The position numbers were made by a program, and so were the translations under genes. 64,000 bases of DNA from Octopus sinensis (Eukaryota), in contig NC_043002.1 of NCBI RefSeq assembly GCF_006345805.1, positions 66,898,001 through 66,962,000 on the forward strand. The letters run 5' to 3'. Shown one piece after another: positions 52,167 to 64,000 of this stretch. How positions within the stretch are numbered: position 1 is the first letter of the stretch; the number at the start of each line of letters is the position of its first letter. The notes under the pieces were generated by a model that worked only from the letters and a program-made list of their open reading frames with translations, had not been told where the DNA came from and made no database searches.

Positions 52167-52317
52167 GGTACATTATTTACATGTGACGGATATTTGTCCT
52201 CATCTTGTTTGTAGTTAACACAACATTTCGGCTGATATACCTTCCAGCGTTCATCAGGTGTCTTGGGGAAATTTCGAACCTGGGTTCTCATTCCTAAGGT
52301 ATTTTTCGATATTATTA

Positions 52318-52368
<51 letters not shown>

Positions 52369-52489
52369 TCACTGCTTTGAATCGAACTCGGAATCTTGGG
52401 GTTACTAGCCCGCGCTCTTAACCACTACGCCATATGCCCGTCAAATGTAAATAATGTACATAATTCCTCATCTCTTAAATATAGAACTG
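52167..52489 (-). mobile_element. tRNA-headed SINE with a hammerhead-containing 3' module and inverted terminal duplication
   Basis: Minus strand: GGGCATATGGCGTAGTGGTTAAG (A-box), GAGTTCGATTC (B-box), (AAT)n, then a hammerhead at 52217-52262. 52168-52186 matches the reverse complement of 52441-52459 (18/19). TCTCAGCTAG flanks both sides. Confidence 0.8.
52217..52262 (-). ncRNA. Type I hammerhead motif (slightly decayed)
   Basis: GACAC-CTGATGA-A-CGCTG..CAGCC-GAAAT-GTT-GTGTT. Stem I is GACAC/GTGTT; two substitutions from a perfect minimal motif. Confidence 0.65.
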
Positions 52490-53442
52490 TCTCAGCTAGT
52501 GTTGAAATAAGATACTCTAAAACCGCATTGTTCCAATATATACTGTTGTATATATAATTATGTAACAAAGATAAATAAGAAAGTGTGTGTGTATGTATGT
52601 TTGAGTGCGTGTGACAAAGGGAAAGAGAAAGAAAAAATTAGAATGATAGTGAGAGAGAAATTGAAGAAAATGTGAAGAACATTGATGTCAGTTCAAGACA
52701 TCGAAGTTCGCTTTTTTTCTTTTTTCCTTCTCATAATCTTTGTACTTCATACTAAAGCTCTTATTCTACTTCCACTCTCTTACAACAATCAATCGTTCAG
52801 CATTATGTTTCGTGAATCATAGTCGTTTTAAATCAGTGAAGCCCCCCGACCCGTTTTTATTTGTGCGGTTGTGTACATGGAAAAGTTTGTGAATAAATTT
52901 TAGAAAGATTTGTTGGGAAATGACGATGCTGTCTTCAAGACAAACGTAGACGCTTTATATATAAGAATGAACGGGTCCAGTAGTTATCAGGATGCAGGAC
53001 TTGTGTGGAGTTATCCTCTCTTAGATGAGCAGCTAAAGAGTTGAAGGGCTTCATGCGCCTTGGGACCGTTGGGGCACCTGTAAGAGACTTTTTTCAGGAG
53101 GCAATTCTATGACGTATAAATTAACCCATAGTTGGGACACCGGTTATGCTATAACTCGGTGTCAGAAAAGACTTGGGAACAATAATAGATATTTTTTTAT
53201 TCCTTAAAACTCTGAAACTCCTGAATCAGGACCCAAATAACAAATACAGTTCAAAGTCATACCTAGAAGACGATACATATGTATGTATGCATATTATACA
53301 CACATACATGTATATATATATTTATATATATTTGAAAAAATGCGTAGAGATGGCTTTTGGGAGGATAATTATCCCAACAAAAGCCATCTCTACTCATTTT
53401 TTCTAATATATTATACTGTACCAAGAACTTTTTCTATTGTTT

Positions 53443-53514
<72 letters not shown>

Positions 53515-53896
53515 GTGCAAACATAGATGTTATAATAACCGACCAAGGGATAAAATATCCGTATGTACTATCGCTATCCGTTACCCTTGTTATCACCGGG
53601 CATTGGTGTGCTGGCACACTATGCTCGTAGAGTGCAGGTAACCAACAGTCCCACTACACACACACACACACATTTATTTATATGTATGTAGAGAGTGTTT
53701 GAAATGGTGTACAGATATTGTATATTGAGAAAAATGCGACAGTAAGATTTTTGGATAATTCTTTTATAGCGTTTTCGTTCGTTTATTGAACTCGTCAAGA
53801 CAAAACCAAAATGATAAAAATGATTATATATATATATATATATATAAACCGCTTGATTTAGGTCGCCACATAACTTACAAGGCAGAGTTTGTCTCC

Positions 53897-53950
53897 GAAT
53901 ATCTTATGAAGTGGACGTGTCTCTACGCCCACGAAACTTTACGTAATGTG
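53897..53950 (+). ncRNA. Degenerate hammerhead motif in a ~190-bp unit between (TA)n tracts (53830-54020)
   Basis: CTTATGA (core G-to-T change)-A-GTGG.CGT..ACG.CCAC-GAAAC-TTTAC-GTA. Stem I is ATAT/ATGT. Confidence 0.5.
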
Positions 53951-54018
53951 TAACTAAATCACGCTGTTGTTGAATACATGTAATTGCAATCAACTTACTT
54001 TCTTTTGCTCGCTTACTG

Positions 54019-54100
<82 letters not shown>

Positions 54101-55320
54101 GTAGATACACACATGTATGTGTTTTGTGCGTGTGTATGTGTATGTTTGAATGTCCACATAATGAAAGTGTAGTTACATGTTTATTAACAGATAACTGCTG
54201 GTGTCTCCCACCGTCTACTTCGTTCTGTATCTCGTCTGCTTCTTATTAAACTCTGCTAATGTTTCAGTTATTTATTGTTCTCTGTTGTTTTTGTTTTGCT
54301 CGTACTGTTGATATTGCGTTCATGTCAAGCTAATATGACAAAGTCTGTAATGAAAATTATTGTTACTTCTTCGATCAATACGTCGATAAACAGAACGTGG
54401 CCGAACCCATAGCTGTATGTATGTACCTCGAGGTAGAATCAGCTGTTTAGCTTTCTATCAGAAATTATGAGCGAGGAGACAAATTCATTAACACTATATT
54501 TTTACTAATGTAATGAGATTTTTTTAACAACAGTAAAGTTTGTTATTCAAAGCAAACTTGTGAGAATATTTTATCTATCTATCTATCGATCGATCAGTCG
54601 ATCTATCTGTCTGTATATAGATATATGTACGTATGCCTCTCGCGCTCTCTCTTTCTGCCTGAATATTTGTTTGCTTGTACGTATATAGATATAGGCCATA
54701 TATTTTAATATTAACTTCTCCAGTTATGTTTTGTCTCCTGGTCAGTTGACCTACATGTAAATACTTACATATGTTTTTGTATGAGAGTAAGATCATTTCA
54801 TAAAGATAATATTTTCATTATGACCACCAGAATTTGATTGACTGGTCAAGTAGTTAAGGTTCCTTACAACAATGAAAAGGACTAGACTAGAAGAAGATTA
54901 AACGTATTGGAAAATGAGTCAATAAATACAACTAGATTAACATAATGAAAAATTAAAAAAAAAACCCACTGTGAACAGACACGCGGATGTGGTCGGGCAA
55001 TACTCTGCGTTGTGGTTGCACGTCCACCGCCCTGTCGTTGCAGCCCACGCGGTTCTTTCTAGGGTGCTCTCCACCGAGTTCCCGGGGCGACCGGTATATT
55101 CACTGCGAAAAAAAATTAAAGTTCTCAGAGTAAGCTCTGCTTGGTTGCGTACAAAGTTAAATCTTCTCACAGGAAGAATACAGTATTTATATTGTCCCTG
55201 ATATTTTACTGGTACCTATTTTATCAGCTCCTGAGAGAGGAAATATAAATTGTTACTAGAGGAATATAAACTTATTATGCAGAGAGGGAGGTAAAAATCT
55301 GTAAAACAAGCTTCTTAGCT

Positions 55321-55690
55321 CTGTATTACTTTAAACTCATTAAGGCAGCGAGCTGGCAGAAGCGTTAGCACGCCGGGCGAAATGCTTCGCGGTATTTCGG
55401 CTGCCGTTACGTTGTGAGTTCATATTCCGCCGAGGTCGACTTTGCCTTTCATCCTTTCGGGGTCGATAAATTAAGTACCAGTTACGCACTGGGGTCGATG
55501 TAATCGACTTAATACCTATGTCTGTCCTTGTTCGTCCCCTCTATGTTTAGCCCCTTGTGGGTAGTAAAGAAATAGGTATTTCAAATACCGTCGAGGTTGA
55601 CTTCGCTTTTCATCCCTTCAAGGTTGATAAAAATTAGTAAAAACCAAGTACTGGGATCGATGTCATCGACTTGTCCCCTCACCTCAAAAA
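55321..55690 (+). mobile_element. SINE family A with partial second unit
   Basis: TAAGGCAGCGAGCTGGCAGAAGCG head and full body. Confidence 0.85.
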
Positions 55691-56122
55691 TTGCCGGCTT
55701 CGAACTCTGCAACGGATCGGCGCCTCGTTCAAAGGAATGTTCTCATCCCAGTCACTTATACGTCATAAAAACCAAGCAACCAGCCTTACGTGTTCTAGGG
55801 GGTCAAAGAAAACATGTGGTTTAGCGTGGTTTTTTTTTTTTTCAGACTGCATTTATGATTACAGTATTTCAACGTGTATTTTCTTTTGTTTTGTTAAGAC
55901 AGAAGGGTATGTATTCAGTGGGAAATCTCGCTGCTATTTTTTTTAACAGATCGAGTAATCACGTGGTTGCTCGGTGAATTCAGTGGTGTTTAAATTCATA
56001 CGGGTGGCATTAACTTCCGGTACTGTGTTGAAGAGAAAACCTCCAAACTAATCAGTGCTTGGCTTGATAAAACTCGGAAGGCAAAGTCTACCTACCTACC
56101 AACCTACCTACCTACCTACCAA

Positions 56123-56215
<93 letters not shown>

Positions 56216-56529
56216 TGTGTTTTCTTTTAGCATGACACTATTGCCCAAGGTTCTCGTGGTCTTTTCCGTAGGCTTTTCTATCCACGGACAAACCTAAACT
56301 ATTTTCCCTTTTACATTGACATTTCTGTGATAACCGATCCCTATTGATCGGCCCCACTTTTTTTCACGATCCCTTTTGATCGGAATTCGCCCCCCCCCCT
56401 TTTTCCCCTTTCTTCTTCCCAAAAAGAAAAGCTCTACTTTGTATTTTGTCCCTTCTGTGTTTAGCCCTGCGTGGCCAATCTCTCTCTCTCTCTCTCTCTT
56501 TATATATATATATATATCATCTATCTATC

Positions 56530-56700
56530 TACGACGATAGCGGTGGCGATTGCGACGACAACCATGGCGGCGGTAACTGTGACGACGTTGATGGTGGCGG
56601 TGACTGCGACGACGACTATGGCAGCGGCGACTGCGACGACGACCATGGCATCCGCAGTGGCAACGACGACTGCGGCAAAGACGACGACGTCGATGGCACC
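56530..56700. repeat. Degenerate 24-bp GC-rich repeat (GGCGGCGACTGCGACGACGACCAT)
   Basis: About five imperfect units. Confidence 0.7.
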
Positions 56701-57041
56701 ACCAGCAATATCAAGAACAAGAGCCACATCAGAATTGGTGAAGCAACAGGGAAATCTTGATGGGGTCCCTGGAGCTGCCGGAGGAAAAAATGGAACCGAA
56801 AGCGTTGGTGGTGGCACGTTTGAAAATATAGTCCTAGTAATTCAAAAATGTCTGGGAGCAGGAAGGAACGGTCATGGTTGGCAAGTTCTTGATCAAAGGT
56901 TTGCTTATTCAGGGCTGAGTTAATTCTAAACAGCAGCAACAACAACAAGAATAACAACGTCACCATCCTCACCACCAGCATTGCATACAGTTCTCTTTCT
57001 GTAGAGTAAATCTGAAATACTTAAAACATCTTTGTCTCTCA

Positions 57042-57298
<257 letters not shown>

Positions 57299-57539
57299 GT
57301 CGGGAACCATTCATCATCGTCTGTCAACTTAATGAGAACAGCTTCAGTTCGACATGAACGACCGCCCAAGAAGTTTACAGGAAATTAAAATTTAAGCCTA
57401 TTCACATTGAAGTTTCTCTCTTGAGCTGTTAAATTACCATTCTTTTATTAAAGAACCATCTTCCTTATTTCTCTCTCTCTCTCTCTATCTCTCTCTCTTC
57501 CCTGCTTCTCTTCCTTCCTCCACACACACTCATACATAC

Positions 57540-57617
<78 letters not shown>

Positions 57618-58063
57618 GTTACCCTTTCGTAAAATACCATCTACCCTAAATTAATTGGAGCTGAAACAGAAAGCAGCTAATGACCATCAAGAAGCGAATG
57701 TAATGAACCCGAAAATTTTGGCATGGAGTCTATATTATCTCTGTTGGACAGCGTATCAGCTTTCCCACTTCACCCTTGAACGGAATGCTATATATATGCA
57801 CATATATATACGCTTATATATATATGTGTATGTTTTGGGATATATATGTATATATACACATACACATATATATTCATGTGTGTTTGTTAGTATATGTATA
57901 TATAAAGATATATATGTATACAGGTATATAATCTATATGAATGTGTAATGCAGACAAATATATATATAGTGCATAGAGTATACTATATATATATATATAT
58001 ATATATATAGATATGCTTGTTTATCTACATATGTATACCTACATAACTATGTATATATATATT

Positions 58064-58101
<38 letters not shown>

Positions 58102-58189
58102 GCTATACATACATACATATATGTGTGTGTGTATACACATACGCACACATATACATACTAACACATGCTCACACACACACACACACATA

Positions 58190-58342
58190 TATGTTTATGT
58201 GGTAAGTAGTTTGCTTACCAACCACATGGTTCCGAGTTCATTCCCACTGCGGGGCAACTTGAGCAAATGTCTTCGACTATAGCTTCGGGCCGACCACGCC
58301 TTGCGAGTGGATTTGGTGGACGGAAACTGAAAGAAGCCTGCC

Positions 58343-58408
<66 letters not shown>

Positions 58409-58615
58409 TTGTGTGTCTGTGTTTGTCCCCTCAACATCGCTTGACAACCGATGCTGGTGTGTTAACGTCCCTGTAACTTAATGGTTCAGCAAAAGATATC
58501 GATAAAAATAAATAACTAGGCTTACAAAGAATAAATCCAGGGGTCGATTCGCTCGACTAAAGGCGGTGCTCCAGCATGGCCACAGTTAAATGACTGAAAC
58601 AAGTAAAATAAAAAG
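58190..58615 (+). mobile_element. SINE family B
   Basis: TGTGGTAAGTAGTTTGCTTACC..AAGGCGGTGCTCCAGCATGGCC..GAAACAAGTAAAA. Confidence 0.9.
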
Positions 58616-58722
58616 AGAAAATACACATAATATAAATTTCCATACATACAGAGACACGAATCCATAATTGCAAATACACACACAATACACAGGCGCGCAG
58701 GCACAAGAGAAAGTCTACTTAA

Positions 58723-58835
58723 TCTTTTGAGCCCATAACACCGGTTTACCGGTGGATGGCCAATTTTTCTCTATACCACCGATGGAATGCCAGGTATATG
58801 GTAAAATAAGGTTCAGGAGGTCAGGGCTTAAAGGG
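58723..58835. mobile_element. piggyBac-type MITE
   Basis: TTAA|TCTTTTGAGCCC ... GGGCTTAAAGGG|TTAA: TTAA target and imperfect CCC-type TIRs. Confidence 0.6.
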
Positions 58836-59074
58836 TTAAACCCCGTCTTGTGTGTTATTGTCATCTATAATTCCTGTTCACCGTATTTTCTCACACCCTG
58901 TAATTTCACCTGTTCACATCCGCTTCTTTTTTATTCGTTTTCTATATCCTTGCCTTTGATTGCGTTTCTGACATTATCTCACTCTTTCATCTATGAATAC
59001 TCCTATCTCTATATATATATCTATATATCTCTTTTTCCCTGTTCCGTTTACTCCTATTAATATTTTTTTACTCT

Positions 59075-59780
59075 CTAAGGCGGCGAGCTGGCAGAATCGT
59101 TAGGGCGCTGGGCGAAATGCTTAGTGGTATTTCGTCTGCCGCTACGTTCTGAGTTCAAATTCCGCCGAGGTCGACTTAACCCGTTTGTCTGTCCTTGTTT
59201 GTCCTCTCTTTGTTTAGCCCCTTGTGGGTAGTAAAGAAATAGCTATTTCGTCTGCCGTTACATTCTGACTTAAAATTTCGCTGAGGTCGACTTTGTCTTT
59301 CATCCTTTCGGGGTCGATAAATTAAGTACCAGTTGCGCACTGGGATCGATGTAATCGATTTAATCCCTTTGTCTGTCCTTGTTTGTCCCCTCTATGTTTA
59401 GCCCCTTGTGTGTAATAAAGAAATAAGAAACGTTAGCACGCTGGGCGAAATGCTTAGCGGTATTTCGGCTGCCTTTACATTGTTAGTTTGATAAATCGAC
59501 CTTAGTACTTATTTCTTTTTTAAAGCCTGGTACTTACGGTATTAGTCTCTTTTGACAAACAGCTATGTTACGGGGACGTAAACACACCAACACCTGTTGT
59601 CAAGTAGTGATAGGAGACAAACACACATACACACACACGCGACGGGCTTCTTTCATTTTACGTTTACGAAATCCTACTGGAAAGCTTTGGTCGGCAGCCA
59701 CTTCCCAAAGGTGCCACACAGTGGGACTGAACCCGGAACCATGTAGTTGGGCAATAAACGTCTTACAACACTGTCACGCT
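59075..59780. mobile_element. SINE A multimer (+, 59075-59470) and SINE B remnant (-, 59490-59780)
   Basis: Family A and B diagnostic motifs. Confidence 0.8.
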
Positions 59781-59960
59781 CGCGTCCAACATGCTACCAT
59801 TTTTTAATTGCACTGTATATTCATATCTTTAGTGTTTTTCGTTCTGCTAAGTTAGCGAAGAAAGAATATTAAAGGCTTATAAAACAAAGTTTCCTTCGTA
59901 ATAACCCGTGTTGAAAAAGCATGGAACCGAAAAATTTCTGGATTAATAACAATATATATA

Positions 59961-60817
59961 CAGGGTGCGTGAAAAGTAAGTCGGTATTTAAAATTGGTAA
60001 TGAAATCCATATTCCTTTTGCAAATTATTGAAACAAATGATACATGTTCTTTATTACATGAGAAGATGAAAGTAAAACTTCATATTTCAACGTAAGCACC
60101 AGTGGCGTCAACCATTTTCCTCGAACGGCCAGGGATGGAATGAACAATCTTCTGAAAGATGCCGTCTGGGATATCATTGAGAACCTCCTGAATCCGTGTC
60201 TTCAAGTCCTCCAGTGTGCGAGGTTTGTCTTGTACACCGTTTTTGTGTAACGCCACAGGTAAAAATCACATGGAGTGAGTTCTGAACTTCTGAGGTCACA
60301 GTCTTCAGGTATTAGCTCCTGCACGTAATGGGGTTTCCACGGACAAAAATTGAAATCTTTATGCAACACCGTACATAATGTGTGTCTTGTTGGTCCACTT
60401 TCAAGAGCTGCTTGATGTGTTGGTTTTTGCGGGTTGCGATTAAACATTTGCTGCCCTGTTGCCACGTTCTCCGCTGATTGGGATGTGGTTGGATGGCCAC
60501 TTCTTCTTGCATCGTTCACAGAGCCCGTGGTTACCAGCTTTGCATGACAACTTTTTATTGTATCCAGACGTAGTGTTGCATGCTTACCTTTCCATGCACG
60601 CCACCATCTTTGAACCAAAACAATGGTATTCCACACTTCATAGCGTACTGCTATCCTAGCTCGCTCCTGAACAGTCAAGCGACAGACCATCTGGAAAATA
60701 AGAAATAAGAAATCCCCATTAGTGTTGTCTGTATAAAAAATAATCTAGTTATTACTACAGTGATACTAAAAATTCTATAAGCAATTTCTAATGCCTGGTA
60801 ATTTTCCACCCATTCTG
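59961..60817 (-). mobile_element. Internally deleted maT/rosa-like mariner element
   Basis: ORF 60202-60690 has an HTH region (TGSVNDARRSGHP..PWKPHYVQEL) fused directly to SELTPCDFYLW, so the catalytic core is missing. Imperfect TA|CAG TIRs. Confidence 0.75.
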
Positions 60818-60904
60818 TATAATGGGCTCGACTTAAGCGACCATTTAGTGTATCTACAAAATTAGTAGAAGAAGCTAATCGAGTTGAGAGAGAGACATTA
60901 CGTG

Positions 60905-61490
60905 AAGGCGGCGAGCTGGCAGAATGCGTAGCGATATTTCGTCTGCCGCTACGTTCTGAGTTCAAATTCCGACGATGTTGACTTTGCCTTTCATCCTTTC
61001 GGGGTCGATTAAATAAGTACCAGTTACGCACCGGGGTCGATATAATCGACTTAATCCGTTTGTCCTTGCTTGTCCTCTCTGTGTTTAGCCCCTTGTGGGT
61101 AGTAAAGAAATAGAAATAGGTATTTCGTCTGCTGCTACGTTCTGAGTTCAAATTCTGCCGAGGTCGATTTTGCCTTGCACCCTTTCAGGGTCGATTAAAT
61201 TAAGTATCAGTTACGCACTGGGGTCGATATAATCGACTTAATCCATACGTCTGTCCTTGTTTGTCCTCTCTCTGTTTAGCACGTTGTGGGTAGTAAAGAA
61301 ATAGGTATTTCGTCTGCCGTTACGTTCTGAGTTCAAATTCCGCCGAGGTCGACTTTGCCTTTCATCCTTTCGGGGTCGATTGAATAAGTACCAGTTACGC
61401 ACTGGGTTCGATGTAATCGACTTAATCCGTTTGTCTGTCCTTGTTTGTCCCGTCTATCTTTAGCCCGTTGTGGGCAATATATAAATAAGA
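60905..61490 (+). mobile_element. SINE A head-to-tail trimer
   Basis: Three bodies joined at AAATAGGTATTTCGTCTG. Confidence 0.85.
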
Positions 61491-61934
61491 AACGAAATTC
61501 CTGTTCATCTTGAAGGGTCATTGCCAAGATGCGCATTTAACTCACAATCGGACCACGGTAGTAAACTCCCGAAATGTCCATGAATGGGTTTTTTTACCTA
61601 ATTTTTTGGAACTATCTTATGCTCCTTAGACTTCGACCTACCAAGGATTGCTTTAAAATGAAAACGACCTATTTTGATATATTTTTAATTGAGGGATGCA
61701 AAAGTTTTTTAGTTGATTGACATGCTCTAGAGATACATTTTGACCGCCTAATTTTGTCGATTTGTATATACCTTTGCTTGACAGGCCTTTCTATATATTT
61801 TGGATACCTTCTGTGCTTTTATACATGTATTCCTTTTATATGTTGAAGGCCATGGTAATATTTATATATGATAAAATGTATGGAAGCGTGGTGTTATATA
61901 TATAAAGTCGTTGTTCTCTAGTCAATGTTATATA

Positions 61935-62115
61935 TGTGACCGCGTGTGTATCGTTGGCAATTTTTTCCTCCGTCTTCACTTCCTTGGATCTTTCCTTTTC
62001 CTATGTTTCTGACGAAGAGCTCGGCTCGAAACGTTAAATCCTCCTTTCTTTCCTTTCCTGAGCGTCCAATAACACTATACTTGTTCCACGTTTCGCGTTG
62101 TGTTTTCATGTTTGG
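61935..62115 (+). mobile_element. Second copy of the minimal-hammerhead unit (core at 62004-62040)
   Basis: CTGACGA-A-GAGC-TCG-GCTC-GAAAC-GTT; highly similar to 40700-40905. Confidence 0.8.
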
Positions 62116-62156
62116 AAATATATACATTATACATTATATATACATATATGTATATA

Positions 62157-63748
62157 CAGTGGCGGCCAAAATGTTCAGAACGGCATTGTTTTCGTCAGAA
62201 AAGTAGATATAATTTTTTATCAAAGTTATTTTATATTCTATAATTTTCACAGACAATAAATACAATATTATTTGTTATTGCCTGAGATTTTGATGTAATT
62301 TGAGAGGATAATACAAAAGTTATGGATGATTTAGGGATATACTGCAAAACCCATGGCAGCCAAAATGATCAGAACGGTTGCTTTTACTCCGTGTTTTAGT
62401 ATATTTAACCAGCGAACTCTAATGTTTTGAATTTGTTTACGTGACGGTTCGTTTACTACATTAGTAAGAATATTTGCAGTGTACTTTGTTAATATAATGC
62501 CACTTACTCCGTTACCAATTCGTCAGCAGATCATTAAGCTTCGAAGGAAGGATAATTTAAGTATTGGATCTATTGCAAAGATTGTTAACAAGTCAAAAAG
62601 TGTTGTACACGGTATTCTTAAGGTCTACGATGATTGTGGTTCGTGTGAAGTAAGAAAGTTTACAGGTAGGCCAAGAAAAACGACCAAGAGAGAAGATCGT
62701 GCTATGGTAAAGTTGGTTAAAAAGGACAGATTTAAAACTGCTGCTGCTGTTTCTCGGAAAATGAGCATTGTATTGAAGAAATCTTTATCTCGAAAAACTG
62801 TGTCTCGTCGTTTAGTTCAACATGACCTACAAGCAAGAGCACCTGCAGTGAAGCCACTGATCAGCTCCAAGAATAAAAAGTGTCGTCTTACCTTTGCAAC
62901 CAAACATGTGTTGTGGTCTCAAGAAAAATGGCAAACGGTGCATTTCAGTGATGAATCTAAGTTTATGTTATTTGGCTCAGATGGGAAAAGGTACGTTCGT
63001 AGAAAAGTAGGTGAAAAATTGTCGCCTAAATGCCTTAAGACTAGTGTTAAATTCGGTAGAGGAAGTGTCATGGTTTGGGGGATGATATCTGGAGATGGTG
63101 TGGGCCGTTTGGCGCGATTACATGGTAAGGTAAATGCAGGAGTTTATAAACAACTTGTAAAAGATCATGTCTTGCCTGTGCTGAGAAATTTAACTAAGCG
63201 ACCACCCATAATCATGCAGGACAATGCCCCATGTCACAAGGCTAAGGTGGTCATGAACTTCCTCAAGGCTGAAAAGGTTATTGTTATGGATTGGCCTGCT
63301 CAAAGTCCAGATCTCAATCCTATTGAAAATGTATGGAATATTCTAGGAGAACGTTCGAAAGCCAGAAATCCGAAAACAACTGAGCAATTATGGAATGCCC
63401 TTCAGGAAGAATGGAATAAGATCACCCAGCAAGAAATTGAAATATTTCAGAGTGTGATTGAAGCTATAGGGCTTCACACTAAATATTAAATAATTCCAGT
63501 ATTCTCTGTCATTTTTGATTATTTTGTTATTTTTTCAACCGTTCTGATCACTTTGGCCGCCATGGGTTTTGCAGTAAATCACTAAATCATCCATAAGTTT
63601 TGTATTATACACCAAAATCTCAGACAATAACAATTAATATTGTATTTATTGTCTGTAAAAATTATAGAATATAAAACTACTTTGATAAAAACTTATACTT
63701 ACTTTTCTGACGAAAACAATGCCATTCTGAACATTTTGGCCGCAACTG
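62157..63748 (+). mobile_element. Full-length Tc1-family IR-DR transposon
   Basis: ~215-225 bp TIRs (CAGTGGCGGCCAAAATGTTCAGAA / TTCTGAACATTTTGGCCGCAACTG), inner direct repeats at 62354-62377 and 63539-63562, TA flanks. Confidence 0.95.
62497..63489 (+). CDS. Tc1 DD34E transposase (330 aa from the first ATG)
   Basis: Paired-like HTH, GRPRK linker, HFSDESKF, MQDNAPCH, SPDLNPIENVW with 34 residues between D and E. The ORF is uninterrupted. Confidence 0.92.
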   Translation: MPLTPLPIRQQIIKLRRKDNLSIGSIAKIVNKSKSVVHGILKVYDDCGSCEVRKFTGRPRKTTKREDRAMVKLVKKDRFKTAAAVSRKMSIVLKKSLSRKTVSRRLVQHDLQARAPAVKPLISSKNKKCRLTFATKHVLWSQEKWQTVHFSDESKFMLFGSDGKRYVRRKVGEKLSPKCLKTSVKFGRGSVMVWGMISGDGVGRLARLHGKVNAGVYKQLVKDHVLPVLRNLTKRPPIIMQDNAPCHKAKVVMNFLKAEKVIVMDWPAQSPDLNPIENVWNILGERSKARNPKTTEQLWNALQEEWNKITQQEIEIFQSVIEAIGLHTKY

Positions 63749-63754
63749 TATATC

Positions 63755-64000
63755 ACGTGACCGACCAGTCCATCAGATGTAGTTACACATCGCTGGTCAC
63801 AATGCGTTCGCATTGTTTTAGCCTTCGAATGACGCCACCCCGCTGGCTAAGCGAGCAGGCCAACAGACGAAAGAGTGAGAGAAAGTGTTGTGAAAGAGTA
63901 CATCAGGGATCACCACCCCCTGCCAGAGCATCGTGGAGCTTTTATGTGTTTTCGCTCAATAAACACACACAACGCCCGGTCTGGGAATCGAAACAGCGAT
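63755..64000 (-). mobile_element. SINE family C with C2 tail, truncated by the window edge
   Basis: Reverse complement matches the body and tail of 21508-21790. Confidence 0.85.

Noticed and set aside
52380-52440. tRNA-like sequence (also the heads of SINE A, B and C)
   Set aside because: A/B boxes are present but there is no complete acceptor stem or terminator, and each is fused to a SINE body.
62479-62496. ORF-track start at the GTG at 62479
   Set aside because: Eukaryotic transposases use ATG; the first ATG is at 62497.

Overview
This is AT-rich, microsatellite-saturated animal genomic DNA (intergenic or large-intron). From recall of the SINE families it is most likely a cephalopod (Octopus); this is an inference, not a database result. 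No multi-exon host gene can be supported, and most listed ORFs are microsatellite or SINE artefacts. The window is a mosaic of tRNA-derived SINEs (labelled A, B, C here, plus a minor family D), degraded LINEs (L1/Tx1, RLE-type R4/Dong-like, RTE, CR1), Penelope-like (GIY-YIG) retroelement remnants and DNA transposons. The DNA transposons include a near-intact IR-DR Tc1/DD34E element at 62157-63748, a maT/DD37D-like relic, and mariner, pogo, hAT and piggyBac MITEs. The most interesting signal is a set of at least seven type I hammerhead-ribozyme motifs, found by eye, in short non-coding units mostly sitting in (TA)n tracts and often carrying partial inverted or direct terminal duplications. One has a complete canonical core inside a ~534-nt circularly permuted unit (26469-27345). 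Another is the 3' module of a tRNA-headed SINE (52167-52489). Together they suggest a Penelope-dependent, ribozyme-processed family of non-autonomous retroelements or retrozymes. Also notable are a perfect ERSE overlapping a UPRE in a promoter-like context (43898-43919) and a minisatellite carrying seven STAT/GAS motifs (50130-50545). Boundaries of degraded repeats are approximate (within tens of bp).
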